Under the pieces are notes generated by a model. The model was given only the letters and a program-made list of their open reading frames with translations. It ran no database searches and had not been told where the DNA came from. Positions 38,347-47,577 of a stretch of DNA of 64,000 bases are shown here, piece after piece. The number at the start of each line of letters is the position of its first letter. The first letter of the stretch is position 1. A program made the translations under genes and the position numbers. Source of the DNA: Bdellovibrionota bacterium (GTDB lineage: Bacteria; Bdellovibrionota_C; UBA2361; JBGSMV01); the NCBI GenBank assembly GCA_041739995.1, contig JBGSMV010000080.1:42845-106844 (forward strand), in the 5' to 3' direction.

Positions 38347-40638
38347 TCACTCGCTCCCTAGATCCGCTGATTGCGGCCGCTTGTCGTCAATGCGGGCCTG
38401 ATAGATATCAAGCGAAGTCTTCGGCCCTTCATTCGAAATGTGTTTACTCGGCGCTGCCTTAGTGCTGGATGAGCGTGAGCTTCCAACCCCCTTGCTGGTA
38501 GAAGATTCCGCAGCAGGCCCCTGAGACACCGAAGCTTCACCACTTTGAATTGCTCGCACCTTGCGCAGCAAACGTTGCACTCTTGGATCGAAGTTGCTTA
38601 CTCCACGACGCTTCTGCAGCACCACCAGCAGATCCGAAAGCTCATTAAGTCGTTCAGCGCTTGATAACGATCTTTCTTCATCAAATTGTTCAAGTAAAGA
38701 CTTCATAAGTTTTGCCTTAATTTGCAGATCCGCCACACCGGATATCTCGCGCAGGATATGGCGCGTCACTTCACTCAATAGCTTAAGGCGCATAAGGTGC
38801 TGCTGACGCTGAGTACTCAAGCGTCGACTTTCCACAGTTCGTACCTCACGCGACACTGGTCTACGATCGCGTTCTACTTTGCGTAACTCCTGTGGGCGCT
38901 CCCCAGCTCTCCGCAGGTGTCGCTCTGCTCGTTCCTTTGAGCGTTCAGTGCGAGGGACCTTGTCGCGAGCGTCTTTCTTATCAAGCTTTTGAACGGACGG
39001 TTCTCTCTTGGTGGTGACCTTCTGCCTCGCGAGATCACGCTCTTTGAGTGTCGTAGGTGACTGGATGCGCTGCAGTCGCTGTATGGCAGAATACTTACGA
39101 GCGAAAGTGGTTAGTCCATCGACCTTTCCACGTAGCTCCTGCATCGAAGGAAGTCTCGATACCAGACGTTTACGCTGTGCTGCAATCTGGTCGGGATTAG
39201 CACGAACACCAACTGCCGTGCTCCTTTTGCTTATTAGTTGGGCAGTCGTCGGTTGGTTCCTCCGAAGCTGCAACGATTGGATGGCCGCCATCCTTGCTTG
39301 TGCCTGTTGAGCGCGCAGAGATGCATTTTCAGCTACTATACGAACGCTTGGCACTTCAACCTTTTTATTGCGACTGCGAACGGCCGATGCCAGCACCTGC
39401 TCCGGTCGTTTGTGACTGCTGTGTCTACCTTTGACTTCCTGTCGAGCAATTGTTCGGGAAGCAATTGGACCTCTGCCCTGACTCGTCCTAGATAAAGTTG
39501 CGGCTACCGAACTACGAAATCTTGGAGCGGCAAGTCTTGGCGCTGAAGTGGGAGGTTCTCGACGTAACGGATTAGAGCGCGTCTCTCGATCACGACGGAC
39601 TTCGGGAGAGTGCTCGCGTTTGGTTGCCTCTTTGGAAATATTTGACCCCTCGCGATCTCTCTGCGCCCTAGCTTCACTACGACCCCTGGTATCGGCTTGA
39701 GCCCTGGATTCGAGCGGTTTAAGTCGCTCATTCTGTTTTGCCAAAATAGCTAGAGAAGTCGCCTTTTCCTTTTCTAGTTGGGGTTCCTTAGGCGTATCGA
39801 TCTTTTTGGCTCCCTCTTTGCCTTCACGAGAAATCGCTTTCTCCACCTTCTCCTGGGTGGCCTTCGTAACTACCTGGGCCTCTTTGTAGTGCTCGTCCTG
39901 TCGTCGAGCAGCAATGCGCGCGGATTCTGCTTGCTCAGCTTCACGAACGGTAGTGATGGTTCTTGGCTGCGCTGCCGTTTCAGTCGAGGGACTCTCTCTT
40001 ATTGCTTCAGCTAGTTTTTGAAGGGGAGCCTCTCTCACGATCGTAGGCTCGGTGGGCGCTTTGATCAGGCGTGGTTCGGCGGTAACCGTCGTCTCAACGG
40101 TAGTCGCAGGTGCCGCGGGAGTGGTCGGCGGAGTATTTACCCGCTCATCAGCTCTTAATGTAGGGCGAAGATTGTTGGGATCATTCACCGGGGGAAGTCC
40201 AGTGACATCCACGGCAGGAAGTACCGACTGCATCGGGACAATATCGAGAGGGACCGGAGAGTTTTCCTTGAGGACTAAAGCATTTTCCGGAGAATTTAAC
40301 TTTTCAAAGTCTTTCTGTGTAGCCAACGCATCTTTGGACAGTTCGGCGTGCTCTGCGATCTTCTGTTCTAGGCCTTGGGGAGTATCAGCAATCAGAATAT
40401 TGTCGAAATTTAAATCCTCTTCCGGGGGAATCTGCGCTGCAATCTTTGCGGCTAGTTCTGGATCTTTCGCCGCATTCTCAGCGAGTTCCCCTAATTTGCA
40501 CCCCGGGCAAGCTCCAGTGCACCCCTCGCATTTATGAACGGGAACATTTGTGGAAGTGTCTGTTGAAGTATGTGTGTGATCGGCACTGGCAACAGCATCC
40601 GCAACCAGCCTTTCAACATCTACGTTAAATATAGACAC
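38347..40638 (-). CDS. Hypothetical low-complexity protein with N-terminal CxxCxxxCxxC motif and Arg-rich C-half
   Basis: 763-aa ORF; CEGCTGACPGC; acidic Pro/Thr N-half, basic C-half. Confidence 0.7.
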   Translation of the reverse strand: MSIFNVDVERLVADAVASADHTHTSTDTSTNVPVHKCEGCTGACPGCKLGELAENAAKDPELAAKIAAQIPPEEDLNFDNILIADTPQGLEQKIAEHAELSKDALATQKDFEKLNSPENALVLKENSPVPLDIVPMQSVLPAVDVTGLPPVNDPNNLRPTLRADERVNTPPTTPAAPATTVETTVTAEPRLIKAPTEPTIVREAPLQKLAEAIRESPSTETAAQPRTITTVREAEQAESARIAARRQDEHYKEAQVVTKATQEKVEKAISREGKEGAKKIDTPKEPQLEKEKATSLAILAKQNERLKPLESRAQADTRGRSEARAQRDREGSNISKEATKREHSPEVRRDRETRSNPLRREPPTSAPRLAAPRFRSSVAATLSRTSQGRGPIASRTIARQEVKGRHSSHKRPEQVLASAVRSRNKKVEVPSVRIVAENASLRAQQAQARMAAIQSLQLRRNQPTTAQLISKRSTAVGVRANPDQIAAQRKRLVSRLPSMQELRGKVDGLTTFARKYSAIQRLQRIQSPTTLKERDLARQKVTTKREPSVQKLDKKDARDKVPRTERSKERAERHLRRAGERPQELRKVERDRRPVSREVRTVESRRLSTQRQQHLMRLKLLSEVTRHILREISGVADLQIKAKLMKSLLEQFDEERSLSSAERLNELSDLLVVLQKRRGVSNFDPRVQRLLRKVRAIQSGEASVSQGPAAESSTSKGVGSSRSSSTKAAPSKHISNEGPKTSLDIYQARIDDKRPQSADLGSE

Positions 40639-40646
40639 AAGCTAAA

Positions 40647-41255
40647 CTATGCTGTGCTGCCTGATACGGCACTGCCTGAAACAGCGCCGCCTGAGCCTGT
40701 CAGGATCTGCAGCATTTGTTGAACCCGTGGACTGGCATCGCCTTGCTCCCACTTCCTTCCACCATGATGAACGGTCGCGCTGTTTACTCTGACTGCTCCC
40801 GGCGTAGCGCCTGCTTCGACTGCTTTCGCCTCCGACTTAGCGGCCAATCTTTTGCCTGCAGGACACTCGTCAATGGTGAAGCGCATAAACAAATGCGTAT
40901 TAACTGAACCGTCCTCCAAACCTTCAAATCCGATAATTTTAATAAAGCCACATTCGACCACGCTCGTGGTAGGCATGTGCTCGTCTTTAACCTCGGTCAG
41001 CCCCTTTAAGGTCGCGGCTAGAAGCGCCTGGGTCGCCGGAGTAACTTCTAAATCCCTCACCCAAAGTCCACCTTTCACATAACGCTCGAGCCCTGGGGAG
41101 CTGGGCACTTGTCGAAACCCGCTGGCTTGAAGCCACTCTTTTGCTGCTGGTTCACTCATAGGGGCGTCAAGTTTTTCCACTGGTGCTCCCGCTAAACTCT
41201 GAAGAACATTAAGTGAGATTCGGCCTGTAGTCGGCTGAGATGGAGATATGCTCAT
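40647..41255 (-). CDS. Hypothetical protein
   Basis: 202-aa ORF ending 8 bp before the next gene; no motif. Confidence 0.6.
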   Translation of the reverse strand: MSISPSQPTTGRISLNVLQSLAGAPVEKLDAPMSEPAAKEWLQASGFRQVPSSPGLERYVKGGLWVRDLEVTPATQALLAATLKGLTEVKDEHMPTTSVVECGFIKIIGFEGLEDGSVNTHLFMRFTIDECPAGKRLAAKSEAKAVEAGATPGAVRVNSATVHHGGRKWEQGDASPRVQQMLQILTGSGGAVSGSAVSGSTA

Positions 41256-41484
41256 AAATTCAACATCTTAACAGTTGGCATTACCATTTGCCGAAGCTAT
41301 GTATCATTGAACTACATGCTATGGCAAGCAACAACATGAAGGCTAGAAGCTTCTCATGGCACCCCGGCCGAGGCCTCGCGACCCCATGTATTAGGTCCAC
41401 GAAATGGCAAGTAAGTCTCGGTGGGCCAAGCCGCCGTACGGGCACTCAGCGCATGGCAGAAGTTGCGGCGACCCCAGCCCTTCC

Positions 41485-41523
41485 GGATTCGTCTCAGAGA
41501 TGTTGGGGTATGATGTTGGGGTA
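41485..41523 (+). repeat. Dispersed repeat copy with tandem duplication
   Basis: GGATTCGTCTCAGAGATGTTGGGG followed by TATGATGTTGGGGTA. Confidence 0.7.
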
Positions 41524-41593
41524 TGCAGGAAACTTCTCGGCGATCGATCGCTGACCCTCCAGTGCTAGCGACTCTCACCACTACTGGGACCGA

Positions 41594-41887
41594 CTAAGGC
41601 AGAAACAGCACATTCGAAACGCTGACACCCAGCTGAGTCGGGTTCCCCATGGTTTCAAATACAGTCACGGTTAACGTAACGGTTCGGGCATCGGCGCGCG
41701 GAGAGACATTAGCCGTTGCCTGTCCGAAGGCATTCTCGGTTTCCGCAAATACGTTCAGCAGCAGATTATTCGGACGCAAAAGCACGGAAAAGGTAATGCT
41801 GTTGCCCTCTGAAAATATCACTTCGCCACTTATCGGCCCGGAGAATGCCAGAGAGAGTCCCTCCCGCAGGGAAGATTCGGCATCCAT
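41594..41887 (-). CDS. Small hypothetical beta-rich protein
   Basis: Short ORF downstream of GH57 with alternating hydrophobic pattern. Confidence 0.3.
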   Translation of the reverse strand: MDAESSLREGLSLAFSGPISGEVIFSEGNSITFSVLLRPNNLLLNVFAETENAFGQATANVSPRADARTVTLTVTVFETMGNPTQLGVSVSNVLFLP

Positions 41888-41955
41888 AAGGCGCTCCAAG
41901 GTTCCTTCCGCTCCAGAGTTCCTTCAAACCTTTGGTAACGACCCGACACTGGTGA

Positions 41956-43194
41956 TTAGCCAGCCACCTCCGGCACTTCAAGCTTCCACTCCGGTAACCA
42001 ACGCTCGCGAAAATCTCGGATGACGTTCATGAAGTTAATGAAGGCCTCATACGGGCTCTCGTATGGACTAAAGTAGGCGTGCACGTCTCCGTCAGCAAAC
42101 CACTTAGTGCACATGTAATAGAAGTGATCCGACGTAAGAAGCTTGCGCCATGTATCGAGCACCAAAGGATCAACCGCGTCGCCAAACTTATCTTTGAGCC
42201 TCTGCCCAATCTCATATACAAGATTCAGCGCACTGTTTTGCATGCGGTTTCCACGCCACGCCGTAAGATCGCGTTCAACATCAGCCCACGAAGTGAGTCG
42301 ATGAAATGGCAGCTCCGCTCTGGAAGGATAACGATCAATAACCTGTGATGGCGTGGCAAAATTCCAGTCGGGTTTACGAAGAATCATCTCAGGAAGATGT
42401 TTTAAGAACTCGAAAATCCCAGTGTCAGCCCACTGATGCTCTCCAAAGGTTTCATAATCCATGAAGAGGTTCACCACATCGCCGCCGCCACTTACCTCAT
42501 GCACCCAGCCCGCAAACTTTTCTGCAGTGAGCGGCCATTCGGGCCAGCCGCGATTCGAGAAACGAAAGGCGATGTCGTCAGAAAGGCGGTAATTCTTCAG
42601 CAGAAGTTTAACCTCTCGGCCTGAAGTAAGCTGCCTTGGCACCGAATACACGAAGTTCGGAGTGCGCCACCCAAGAACGTCGTCCGCACCTTCTGCAATC
42701 ACTGCATCAAACCCAAGCTCACTGACCAACTGGCCAACTTCATCTGAATAGATAAGTTCAGTATTTCTAAAAACTCTCGGCGTTTGTCCAAATAGCTCTT
42801 TTACCAACTCGCGGTGCTTTGCCACCTGCTCGCGAAACTCATCAGCGTGATAGACCGCAGCGAGTGAGTGGTAATAGGTCTCGTTGACGAATTCCACCGC
42901 ACCGGTTTCGGCAAGTTTCTCAAAACTTCGCAAAGTCTCCGGTGAATACAGCTTCATCTGCTCGATTGCGGTGCCAGTGATCGAGTAAGCAATTCGAAAC
43001 GCTCCTTGGTGGCGCTTCACCAGCTCAAGCATAGTGGCATTAGTGGGAAGATAGCACTTCTCGGCTACCTTCTTCAGCACAGTGCCGTTCTTCTCATCAT
43101 CAAAGTAAATGTGATCGTGGTTCACCTGGAAGAACGAGTAGCGCTTTATGCGAAACGGTTGGTGTACCTGAAAATAGAAGCATACTGATGGCAT
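41956..43194 (-). CDS. Glycoside hydrolase family 57 (alpha-amylase-like)
   Basis: FQVHQP, ETYYHSL, FRNTEL, MDYETFGEH, SWAD, TSDHFYY. Confidence 0.93.
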   Translation of the reverse strand: MPSVCFYFQVHQPFRIKRYSFFQVNHDHIYFDDEKNGTVLKKVAEKCYLPTNATMLELVKRHQGAFRIAYSITGTAIEQMKLYSPETLRSFEKLAETGAVEFVNETYYHSLAAVYHADEFREQVAKHRELVKELFGQTPRVFRNTELIYSDEVGQLVSELGFDAVIAEGADDVLGWRTPNFVYSVPRQLTSGREVKLLLKNYRLSDDIAFRFSNRGWPEWPLTAEKFAGWVHEVSGGGDVVNLFMDYETFGEHQWADTGIFEFLKHLPEMILRKPDWNFATPSQVIDRYPSRAELPFHRLTSWADVERDLTAWRGNRMQNSALNLVYEIGQRLKDKFGDAVDPLVLDTWRKLLTSDHFYYMCTKWFADGDVHAYFSPYESPYEAFINFMNVIRDFRERWLPEWKLEVPEVAG

Positions 43195-43246
43195 AAGTCT
43201 TTACTGCGATAGCTTGGGACCAAGTTCAAAGTTAAATTGCCCCCGA

Positions 43247-44620
43247 CTAACACACCCTCCTGTACACCTCGACCGTTTTTATCGCCGAGGCCTCCCAATG
43301 CAATCGCCGCACCTCGTTTCGCGCCATCGAGATCATGTCCTCGCGCAACTCAGGGTGAAGCAGCGCGTTAATCATAAGATCGGCCAAACGCTCGATGTCC
43401 CAAAAATCGACTTTGAGCGCATGCGAGAGCACTTCCGACACCCCTGACTGACGCGAGATTATGACCGGAGTCTCAAACTTAATCGCTTCAAGCGCAGAAA
43501 TGCCAAACGGCTCAGACACCGATGGCATTACGTACACGTCGGCGAGCGAAAACATCTCTTCGACTTCCTGTCCTCTTAAGAAGCCTGGAAAGTAGAAATT
43601 ATCCTGAAGCCCCAACTCATGCACTCGGTCGATCATGCGTTGGCGCATGTCCCCAGTGCCCGCCATCACGAACAATACATCCGGCACAATCGGCACGACC
43701 TTTGCCGCTGCTTCCACAAAATAGTCAGGACCTTTCTGGAAGGTGATTCTTCCCAGAAAAAGAACTATGCGCGATGGCCAGCGCCGATCACTGCGATAGC
43801 GCTCACGCACCGTGTCGGAATAAACCCCATTATGTACCACCGCAATTTTTTCAAGCGGGATACCGTATTGTTCATTCAGAATGCGCCGCGTGTAATAACT
43901 CACGGCGATGATGACGTCTGCGTTCTCAAGACCCCAGCGCTCGACGCCAAAAATCTGGTCATTTACATGTGCGCCGCTACGATCAAATTCGGCGCTATGC
44001 ACATGCAACACAAGCGGACGCCCCGTCATTTTTTTTAAAGTGACTCCGGCAGGAAAAGTCATCCAATCGTGGCAATGAATCACGTCGAATGAATAGCCGG
44101 AGAAAAGTTCACTAATGCGTGCGGCGTAACGGCTCACCTCACCAAACATGTCCCAAGAGTAGTGCACTGACGGATTACGCGCAGAGGTTGGAGAAAGGGC
44201 TCCTGATTCAATGCCTACCGAGTCTAATTCTGCTCGAAGACTGGCGCCGCGCGTTGAGAGCTCGCCTGCGAGCGCCTTCAGTTTCGAAACGTAGTCGTCG
44301 AAGGTTTCCGGAGTAAGGTAGGGCATGAGCATGGCGGGAACTCGCTTGGTGCGAACTCTGCCCTTGGCAGGAAACTGTAGCCCGTCGTCCGCTTCCTCAG
44401 TTTCGTCTGAGATATGGAGCGTCCCGCGCTCGTCCGTGATACGCCCGTGCGAATCGACAAGGTGGACATGATCTGATTTTTCACCACCGAACAGTTCTGG
44501 AACGACGAAAGTGACGTCTACTCCGTGGCGAGCAAGTCCAGTGGTAAGCCCCTCGCATGCGGTACCGAGGCCTCCACTGATGTGAGGGGGGAACTCCCAA
44601 CCCAACATTAAGACGCGCAT
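43247..44620 (-). CDS. GT4 glycosyltransferase (glycogen/alpha-glucan synthase-like)
   Basis: MLGWEFPPHISGGLG, HCHDWMT, GRITFQKG, PSVSEPFGISALEA. Confidence 0.9.
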   Translation of the reverse strand: MRVLMLGWEFPPHISGGLGTACEGLTTGLARHGVDVTFVVPELFGGEKSDHVHLVDSHGRITDERGTLHISDETEEADDGLQFPAKGRVRTKRVPAMLMPYLTPETFDDYVSKLKALAGELSTRGASLRAELDSVGIESGALSPTSARNPSVHYSWDMFGEVSRYAARISELFSGYSFDVIHCHDWMTFPAGVTLKKMTGRPLVLHVHSAEFDRSGAHVNDQIFGVERWGLENADVIIAVSYYTRRILNEQYGIPLEKIAVVHNGVYSDTVRERYRSDRRWPSRIVLFLGRITFQKGPDYFVEAAAKVVPIVPDVLFVMAGTGDMRQRMIDRVHELGLQDNFYFPGFLRGQEVEEMFSLADVYVMPSVSEPFGISALEAIKFETPVIISRQSGVSEVLSHALKVDFWDIERLADLMINALLHPELREDMISMARNEVRRLHWEASAIKTVEVYRRVC

Positions 44621-44946
44621 GACTACTCCGTGCTTCCCGCTATGACCACACACCGCCAGCGAAAATTCTCACTGACAATTCCAATTCGCCCGCCCAGTAG
44701 TAACCCGCGCAATAAGACAGCGCTTTCCACACCCTCCCAAAAGTTCAATCTTCTGAGAGTGCGGAGAAATGAGAAAAATGCAATGACTTCAGACGGCTAA
44801 GCGTCGAAACTATAACCACACAATAGTGCAAAGTCCAACTTCTCTGCTCCACCACTCGGGGCGAGTGTGTTAAGACCAACCCGTATGGGCAGCGAACCAG
44901 GCAGCCCGCGAGCATACCCACAGGACTACTGAAACGGAGAGATTCC

Positions 44947-45996
44947 ATGACAGACGACTCAAAGACCTCTGACATCAAGGTGGCTCTTCAAGACGGAGCA
45001 CCATCAGGAAGAATCCTGGTGGGAGATGTCGGAGGAACTAAGACGCAGTTTGGGCTCTACGAGACCAGCGGGGGCCAGCTGGTGCGTACTCACGTGCAGC
45101 GCTACCAGAGCGACTCGGCGCCAACGTTCCAGGAACTGGCGAAACAATTTCTCAAAGAGGCCGGGGCTAACGGGGCGGAAGCGGCCTGTTTTGGAGTTCC
45201 GGGTCCAGTCAACAAGGGTGTCGTCAAGGCCACCAATCTTCCTTGGCTCTTGTCTGAACAAGAACTCAAACGCGACTTGAACATTTCAAAGGTTCGCCTA
45301 GTTAATGATCTGGTTGCCTACACCGCTGCCATTCCGTTTTTTAGCCGTGCTGATTTGATGGTGCTGCATGAGGGTTCTGCTGAACGCAACAAGAGTCTCG
45401 CCTGCGTACTGGCACCAGGAACGGGTTTGGGCATGGCATTTCTCCATATCTTTAATGGCGTTCCTCATCCGCTACCCTCCGAAGGAGGACATGCCAACTT
45501 TGCACCGAACTCGGATCTGGAAATTGAGTTACTCAAGTATCTAAAACGCGAGTTTCCCACTTCGGTAAGTTGTGAGCGCTTGCTGTGTGGCCCAGGTCTC
45601 TACAACATTTACCGCTTTCTAACCGAGACCGGTGTCGAGAAGGAATCGCCGACAGTACATGAGCAGTTATCGAACGGAAATCGCGCTCGAGTCATTTCGC
45701 AGATGGCCCAAGAACAAGCAGATCCTGCCTGCGAGAGAGCGCTAGACTTGTTCGTTTCTATTCTAGGTGGTCACGCCAGCAATCTAGTTCTGACTTTTCT
45801 TGCCACCGGTGGCGTGTATCTTGGAGGTGGAATTCCGCCAAAGATAGCCAAGAAACTTTCAGACGGATCTTTTATGCGTGCGTTTTTAGAGAAGCAACGC
45901 TTGAAAGAAGTAGTGGAACAGACTCCGGTGTATGTCATCAAGGATGATAAGGCAGCATTGTTGGGGGCGGCGGTGCTGGCGCAAAGAATGCGATAG
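44947..45996 (+). CDS. glk: Glucokinase
   Basis: GDVGGTK, GVPGPV, TNLPW, VNDL, PGTGLG, SEGGH, GGVYLGGGI. Confidence 0.93.
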   Translation: MTDDSKTSDIKVALQDGAPSGRILVGDVGGTKTQFGLYETSGGQLVRTHVQRYQSDSAPTFQELAKQFLKEAGANGAEAACFGVPGPVNKGVVKATNLPWLLSEQELKRDLNISKVRLVNDLVAYTAAIPFFSRADLMVLHEGSAERNKSLACVLAPGTGLGMAFLHIFNGVPHPLPSEGGHANFAPNSDLEIELLKYLKREFPTSVSCERLLCGPGLYNIYRFLTETGVEKESPTVHEQLSNGNRARVISQMAQEQADPACERALDLFVSILGGHASNLVLTFLATGGVYLGGGIPPKIAKKLSDGSFMRAFLEKQRLKEVVEQTPVYVIKDDKAALLGAAVLAQRMR

Positions 45997-46095
45997 AACA
46001 ATGCTTGACTGTGAGCGGATCAACTGTCGCAAAGTGGGGAGAGAGACGAAACGTCCGAGCCCGAAGCTTTATTCACTATGGCAAACGCGAGTTCT

Positions 46096-47319
46096 TTATT
46101 TGAACGGCCCAATTCGCGTTAATGCCTGATCGAAGAACGTCACTTGGTCGGGGGTCGGACTCTCTATCGACAGCTGTTCAGCCCCTACGCACAACCGATC
46201 GAGCGGGAGTTCCCGCACTAGCAGCCATCGCTTGAGTGCACCCACGGATTGCTCCTCTCGGCTAAATGCTAAAAATGTTACGAATCCAGTAGTATCGAAC
46301 GCGCCTGAACCGACGATGGCCGCTCCACTTTCAGGACTGACCTCTCGCAACTGTGCGATTATTGGGTCGGCTCCAAGTACTATGATCTGCGAAAGCCTTG
46401 ACGCCGCTTCCCCCAACTGCTGATCAGCGTCAACTATCGCACCTCTAGGGGTCTGCCCACGCTCTGCCGCTTGAAGATCTGAGTCGAGCATCTTGATCAA
46501 AAGACTCGTGCTGCGAAAACGATTGGAGGCGATCTCTTCCCCCCATAATTTCGTTCCGTAAATTGAAACTGCTTCCCTTAAGAGAATTAGCTGTCCCACG
46601 CTCTCGCGTATCGCTGAGCTCCCATCTCCGACAGAGTTCGATTCATGCCCATCCGCAAGCACCGCAAGCCTATCCCGCCCCGTTACAGAGTAGACGTCCC
46701 GGCTTGAATTCCCTAACCGCTCATCTCGGCGAAACCACTCGCTCAGTTCGCGCGCTGCAGACAGTTTTAACTCCGATGCGACTTCAGGATTTAAACTTGC
46801 TTCCTCGAGACTAACTCTACCGGCAACCCGGAGGGCGAAGTCAGACATGGCGCGGATGGATATTCTCTCGTTCGCAGGTGCTCGCGTTCCTAGATCATTC
46901 AAGTAGGCACCCAGAGTGGCAAACTCGCCAACTACGGGATCGTTGACCACAGCCGTAAGGGCAATATCTCGCCGCTGATCATTGTTGGCATCTATGGCCG
47001 CTCTCTCGTGGATAACCACCGATACGTTTTCAGGAGGTAACCCGCGCAACAGTTGCGTAAATTGATCTTCTGAGAGTACTCCAGGGTCGGAGGGTTGCTG
47101 TGTTGAGGTCACGGCGCTCTCCGTCTCAGTAGCAGAATCGTCCACTGGCGCCGAAGTGTTATCCGAAATACGCACTTCTCGACTGTCTGCAGAATCAGAA
47201 ATACCAGGCGTACTCGAACGCGAACTTGCACAACCAGCAAGCGCAAGCATGGTCGCTCCGGAGATGGCGCCGATTGAAGCACTTCGTGTAAGTGACGGCG
47301 GTATGAGTTTATGAAACAT
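46096..47319 (-). CDS. Hypothetical lipoprotein
   Basis: Lipobox LAGC followed by Ser/Thr linker; GGAGG RBS. Confidence 0.7.
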   Translation of the reverse strand: MFHKLIPPSLTRSASIGAISGATMLALAGCASSRSSTPGISDSADSREVRISDNTSAPVDDSATETESAVTSTQQPSDPGVLSEDQFTQLLRGLPPENVSVVIHERAAIDANNDQRRDIALTAVVNDPVVGEFATLGAYLNDLGTRAPANERISIRAMSDFALRVAGRVSLEEASLNPEVASELKLSAARELSEWFRRDERLGNSSRDVYSVTGRDRLAVLADGHESNSVGDGSSAIRESVGQLILLREAVSIYGTKLWGEEIASNRFRSTSLLIKMLDSDLQAAERGQTPRGAIVDADQQLGEAASRLSQIIVLGADPIIAQLREVSPESGAAIVGSGAFDTTGFVTFLAFSREEQSVGALKRWLLVRELPLDRLCVGAEQLSIESPTPDQVTFFDQALTRIGPFK

Positions 47320-47577
47320 GAGAGCAGCACCTCCAGCAAGAATTGAAGGGACACTATAAGTAGATCTGAATTCCTAATCAAAACGCCGTATTATAAATTT
47401 GACTACCGGGGCCTAACCTCGCATTGTTTGGGGTCTTCGGGGACTTAGGCCTCCTGGAAATAACCTTCGTGGCGTCCAGGGCGGCGTAGAGAGAACCTTC
47501 GACACTGACGACGCGCTTCTAAAACGGCGCTTTTCGCTGAAGCGGCGTCTTCAGATTTACTTTAGAGGAACAATAAA

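Noticed and set aside
41357..41390. TGGCACCCCGG... resembling the reverse complement of a tRNA 3' end
   Set aside because: No TTCGA T-loop or cloverleaf
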